IMG/VR virus record: IMGVR_UViG_3300028832_000123
Coordinates: 1 to 64,000 of that record
Reading direction: 5' to 3' (one strand)
Length of the DNA: 64,000 bases
Source: a virus
Lineage: Duplodnaviria > Caudoviricetes
Below the pieces are notes generated by a model. The model saw nothing but the letters and a program-made list of their open reading frames with translations, did not search any database and was not told where the DNA came from. Both the position numbers and the translations under genes were made by a program. Positions 61,404 through 64,000 of this stretch are shown here, piece after piece; the stretch's first letter is position 1, and each line of letters starts with the position of its first letter.

Positions 61404-63194
61404 TCAACTCCTGAATCCGACTCCGTTGTCTTTCCGTGCCTTATTCGCACAACTGCGGGAGTCATAAATCTGATTGGCTTCGTGCTTCAGGAAACGCTTT
61501 CCGCATACGGGGCAAATGCCATACCGTCCCTCACTGCTTCCTGTACCGCTCTTCTCCTCGCTTCCTGCCTGGGCTTCAATTCCTTCAGCGGACGCCGGAT
61601 TAACGGTGTTGTTCTCGTTGAACGGCAGCCCTTCTGTCTGTGCGTTCATTTCCTTCAGCTCTTCAGCAAGCCTTTGCTGATACTCGTCATAAATGATGGC
61701 ATCAGCTTCCGGATCCTTCGACAGGTGGCTATACTTGAATGCCTGAATTGCCGGCATACCCGCTGCACGAAGCACTTGGAAACTCTGATTCTTTACGAGC
61801 AGGTCCTCGTAACTCTGTCTCCAGAATCTCGGCTCAAGGTCGCTGATCTTCAGTCCTTCAAGCATGTCGTTCTGTCTGCACATCTTGAGAACGATCTTCA
61901 GGAACTCGGTCTCTGCCCGTTTCCACATCGCCTGTGTTTGCAACGCACGGGCTTCTGCATGCCACCAACCGTTCCGAAGAATCACGGCCCCGTTGTTACT
62001 GCTGTCTCCGGTATTGGCGCTCCCCTGGCTCGGCATACCAACAATCTCATACACAATCTGCTTCATTGCGCTTACGAGACTGTTCGTCTGGCTCTGATCG
62101 AGTTGCTCGTTCAGGTAATACAGTTTCTTACCACCATTGCTGTTGGTTGTAGGCGGGAGCTGAATAGCGCCGAGGTCCTTCAGAGCCAACAGCTGCTCAC
62201 GGCTGATATCTACGCCGTCAAACACCATGAGGGCCTGAATGAATTGCTCAACACCGTCGAGCTGATTCGAGAACGTCAGGTTAATTGCGTCAAGCAATGT
62301 CAGCACATACTCGAATGCACCAATCCGGTCCGGATTGCAGGGATACTCGACCAACGTTACCAGACCGAAGTTGTGTTTCTTCTCGTCGGTAATCTCCAGC
62401 CCTTCACCATTTGCAGTTCCGGTAATAGTGTACGTGACGTCTTTTGTGTATACCGTGTACTCGACTTCACTTCTCGGCGGGTCTTTGAACACATAGGTAA
62501 CGCCCATTGCCGGACGCTTCTTGACGTCGTTAAATTTAACCAGGTAAGTGTTTTCAACGTCGGGCTTGCAGATCTCAAACGGGGCTTCATCGAGGAACTC
62601 GTCCCAGTCAGGATCGTCGCTGTTTGAATAGGTAAGGCGATAAGTGACACCGCAGGTAAACATGTCGTGAGCCATCTCAAGGTCAAGCGCCTGTTTACCC
62701 TCGGAAATCATCATGTCATTTACGGAAGCGACCTTTTCGGTGATCTCCTTCACAAGCTCGCCGTTCTCGTCCTCTTCCTTCTTTCGCACGTCCTTATTGC
62801 CACGCCGGCTGACGTACTGGATCGGTTCTCCTGCGAACTCCGCTTCCTTAAACGCCGTAATCTCGCTCGCAATGTTCACGATGATCTTGTTGTTGATATC
62901 GGCGTTATTAACCTTGGTACGGTTGATAACAGGCTGAATGCCTTTCTCGTAATTTTGAAGAAAAACGATTTCAGCTCTATTCTTCTGATGTATGCTCAAC
63001 GTCTTCTGAAGTACGTCAATCACATTGTCACGGGTGATCTCCGTTTCTCCGGTATAAATGGGACGACGGCCGTGGAGTTTTCTGGAGAAATCGATATTGC
63101 AGTTACCGTCTGGGATGCATGAGTCCGCAACCTTTTCCCGTTCGGTCATACCGTTCCTCCTCCCGTTGATGCTAAAAAAGGCACCGAACAACAA
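61404..63194 (-). CDS. portal protein (SPP1 type) with C-terminal Zn-finger-like extension
   Basis: NNKIIVNIASEI..GEPIQY, LVEYPCN, GVILRNGW; tail CPVCGKRF..YDSRSC. Confidence 0.9.
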   Translation of the reverse strand: MLFGAFFSINGRRNGMTEREKVADSCIPDGNCNIDFSRKLHGRRPIYTGETEITRDNVIDVLQKTLSIHQKNRAEIVFLQNYEKGIQPVINRTKVNNADINNKIIVNIASEITAFKEAEFAGEPIQYVSRRGNKDVRKKEEDENGELVKEITEKVASVNDMMISEGKQALDLEMAHDMFTCGVTYRLTYSNSDDPDWDEFLDEAPFEICKPDVENTYLVKFNDVKKRPAMGVTYVFKDPPRSEVEYTVYTKDVTYTITGTANGEGLEITDEKKHNFGLVTLVEYPCNPDRIGAFEYVLTLLDAINLTFSNQLDGVEQFIQALMVFDGVDISREQLLALKDLGAIQLPPTTNSNGGKKLYYLNEQLDQSQTNSLVSAMKQIVYEIVGMPSQGSANTGDSSNNGAVILRNGWWHAEARALQTQAMWKRAETEFLKIVLKMCRQNDMLEGLKISDLEPRFWRQSYEDLLVKNQSFQVLRAAGMPAIQAFKYSHLSKDPEADAIIYDEYQQRLAEELKEMNAQTEGLPFNENNTVNPASAEGIEAQAGSEEKSGTGSSEGRYGICPVCGKRFLKHEANQIYDSRSCANKARKDNGVGFRS

Positions 63195-63289
63195 TTTCTC
63201 GCTGTTCAGCGCCTTTTTGCAAAATTCTAAGATCCTAACTCCCCGTACATTGGTCGCTGATAAACCACATACGTAGTCCGGATAACTGA

Positions 63290-63318
63290 ATTATAACTAC
63301 ATATTGTGGTAATGTCAA
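63290..63318 (-). promoter_or_regulatory. consensus sigma-A promoter of the portal operon with operator-like element
   Basis: TTGACA (63318-63313), 17-nt spacer, TATAAT (63295-63290); TACCACA-ATA-TGTAGTT at 63295-63311. Confidence 0.85.
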
Positions 63319-63373
63319 TACTTTATGCACAATAAAAATACAGTACACAATTAAAAACACGAACGTTCGGATT

Positions 63374-64000
63374 TTACAATTTACAAAAGCGTTCATTGCG
63401 TTTCCATTTTCTTGTCTCGTTAATCGGAACGCTTAATGCTTTATCTACGGGCCATGACATATATTTAATTCTTGCAAACACTTGTTTATACGGCATCCCG
63501 GCAAGCTCGCAAGCTTCAGCCAAAGACATATCCCGCCCATTATATGTCACGTGAAATGTCGTTCCACGGTTACGTGCCTGTTTAGGCTTACTTATCCATT
63601 TGCAATTTTCGGGACAGTAATCACCGTCATTGTCAATGCGTTCAATAGTCAGGCTATCATTATACCCATTTTCTTTTGCCCATTTTGCGAACACCGTGTA
63701 ATCATGCCATTCATCGCAAACCTTAATTTCTCTGCCGGCATATCGACGATTGCGCACATCATCTTTTTTGCTCGGATCACATCTTATGCACATATGACTC
63801 CATATCGTGAACAACCGTGTTCCGGATTCTCCATGTTTCAATGCATTCTGATGATCACGGGAAAAGCATCCGCACGAGGACGTATGTCCGTTCCATACGT
63901 ATTCACCCCTGTACCAGCGGACATCACCGCATTCACATTTACATTCCCACATCCATCTTAAATACTTCCCATTCTGCCTACGCTCAATAGCAAGAACAAT
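63374..64000 (-). CDS. HNH homing endonuclease-like protein, 5' truncated by the window edge
   Basis: Frame open to 64000; WECKCECG, SSCGC, KHGES, TIERIDNDGDYCPENCKW. Confidence 0.85.
   Translation of the reverse strand: MVLAIERRQNGKYLRWMWECKCECGDVRWYRGEYVWNGHTSSCGCFSRDHQNALKHGESGTRLFTIWSHMCIRCDPSKKDDVRNRRYAGREIKVCDEWHDYTVFAKWAKENGYNDSLTIERIDNDGDYCPENCKWISKPKQARNRGTTFHVTYNGRDMSLAEACELAGMPYKQVFARIKYMSWPVDKALSVPINETRKWKRNERFCKL

Noticed and set aside
1-64000. Alternative genetic code (stop-codon reassignment)
   Set aside because: Long genes read through normally in code 11 and no suppressor tRNA is present; the TAG in the methyltransferase comes with a frameshift, so reassignment would not repair it.

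Overview
The window is most of the genome of a temperate siphovirus of a Firmicutes host. Clostridia-like is an inference from sigma-A promoters, Shine-Dalgarno style and Prp-type cleavage motifs. It is in the excised or virion configuration: the tyrosine integrase (27450-28580) lies mid-window and is followed by an intact attP carrying the 3' half of tRNA-Ser(GCT). Almost all genes are on the minus strand. Reading from high to low coordinates: HNH, portal, scaffold, decoration protein, capsid, head-tail, tail tube, chaperones, tape measure, tail tip and fibres, lysis, a post-lysis accessory block, a plus-strand tRNA array, immunity/integration, recombination (RecE-like, SSAP-like, SSB, resolvase, SF2 helicase), replication (CHC2 Zn finger, beta-clamp, DUF927 helicase, iteron origin), DNA modification (fragmented C5 methyltransferase, PAPS-reductase-like, DUF4417-like), a glyco-cluster, TerS and a serine recombinase. 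No large terminase is visible; it probably lies just outside the window. The most interesting signals are: (1) five glycosyl/glycerophosphate transferase genes placed among late and structural genes, one directly after a decoration protein ending in a (Gly-X-Thr)4 tail, suggesting virion glycosylation; (2) a ~217-nt tRNA-like structured RNA inside the tRNA array; (3) a C5 methyltransferase split over several coupled ORFs with a TGT-TAG-A-TGT interruption exactly at the catalytic Cys; (4) a 17-bp palindromic operator-like motif in the spacers of eight promoters across the genome; (5) three paralogues of an unknown ~90-aa protein. All assignments are by eye from motifs; no database searches were run.
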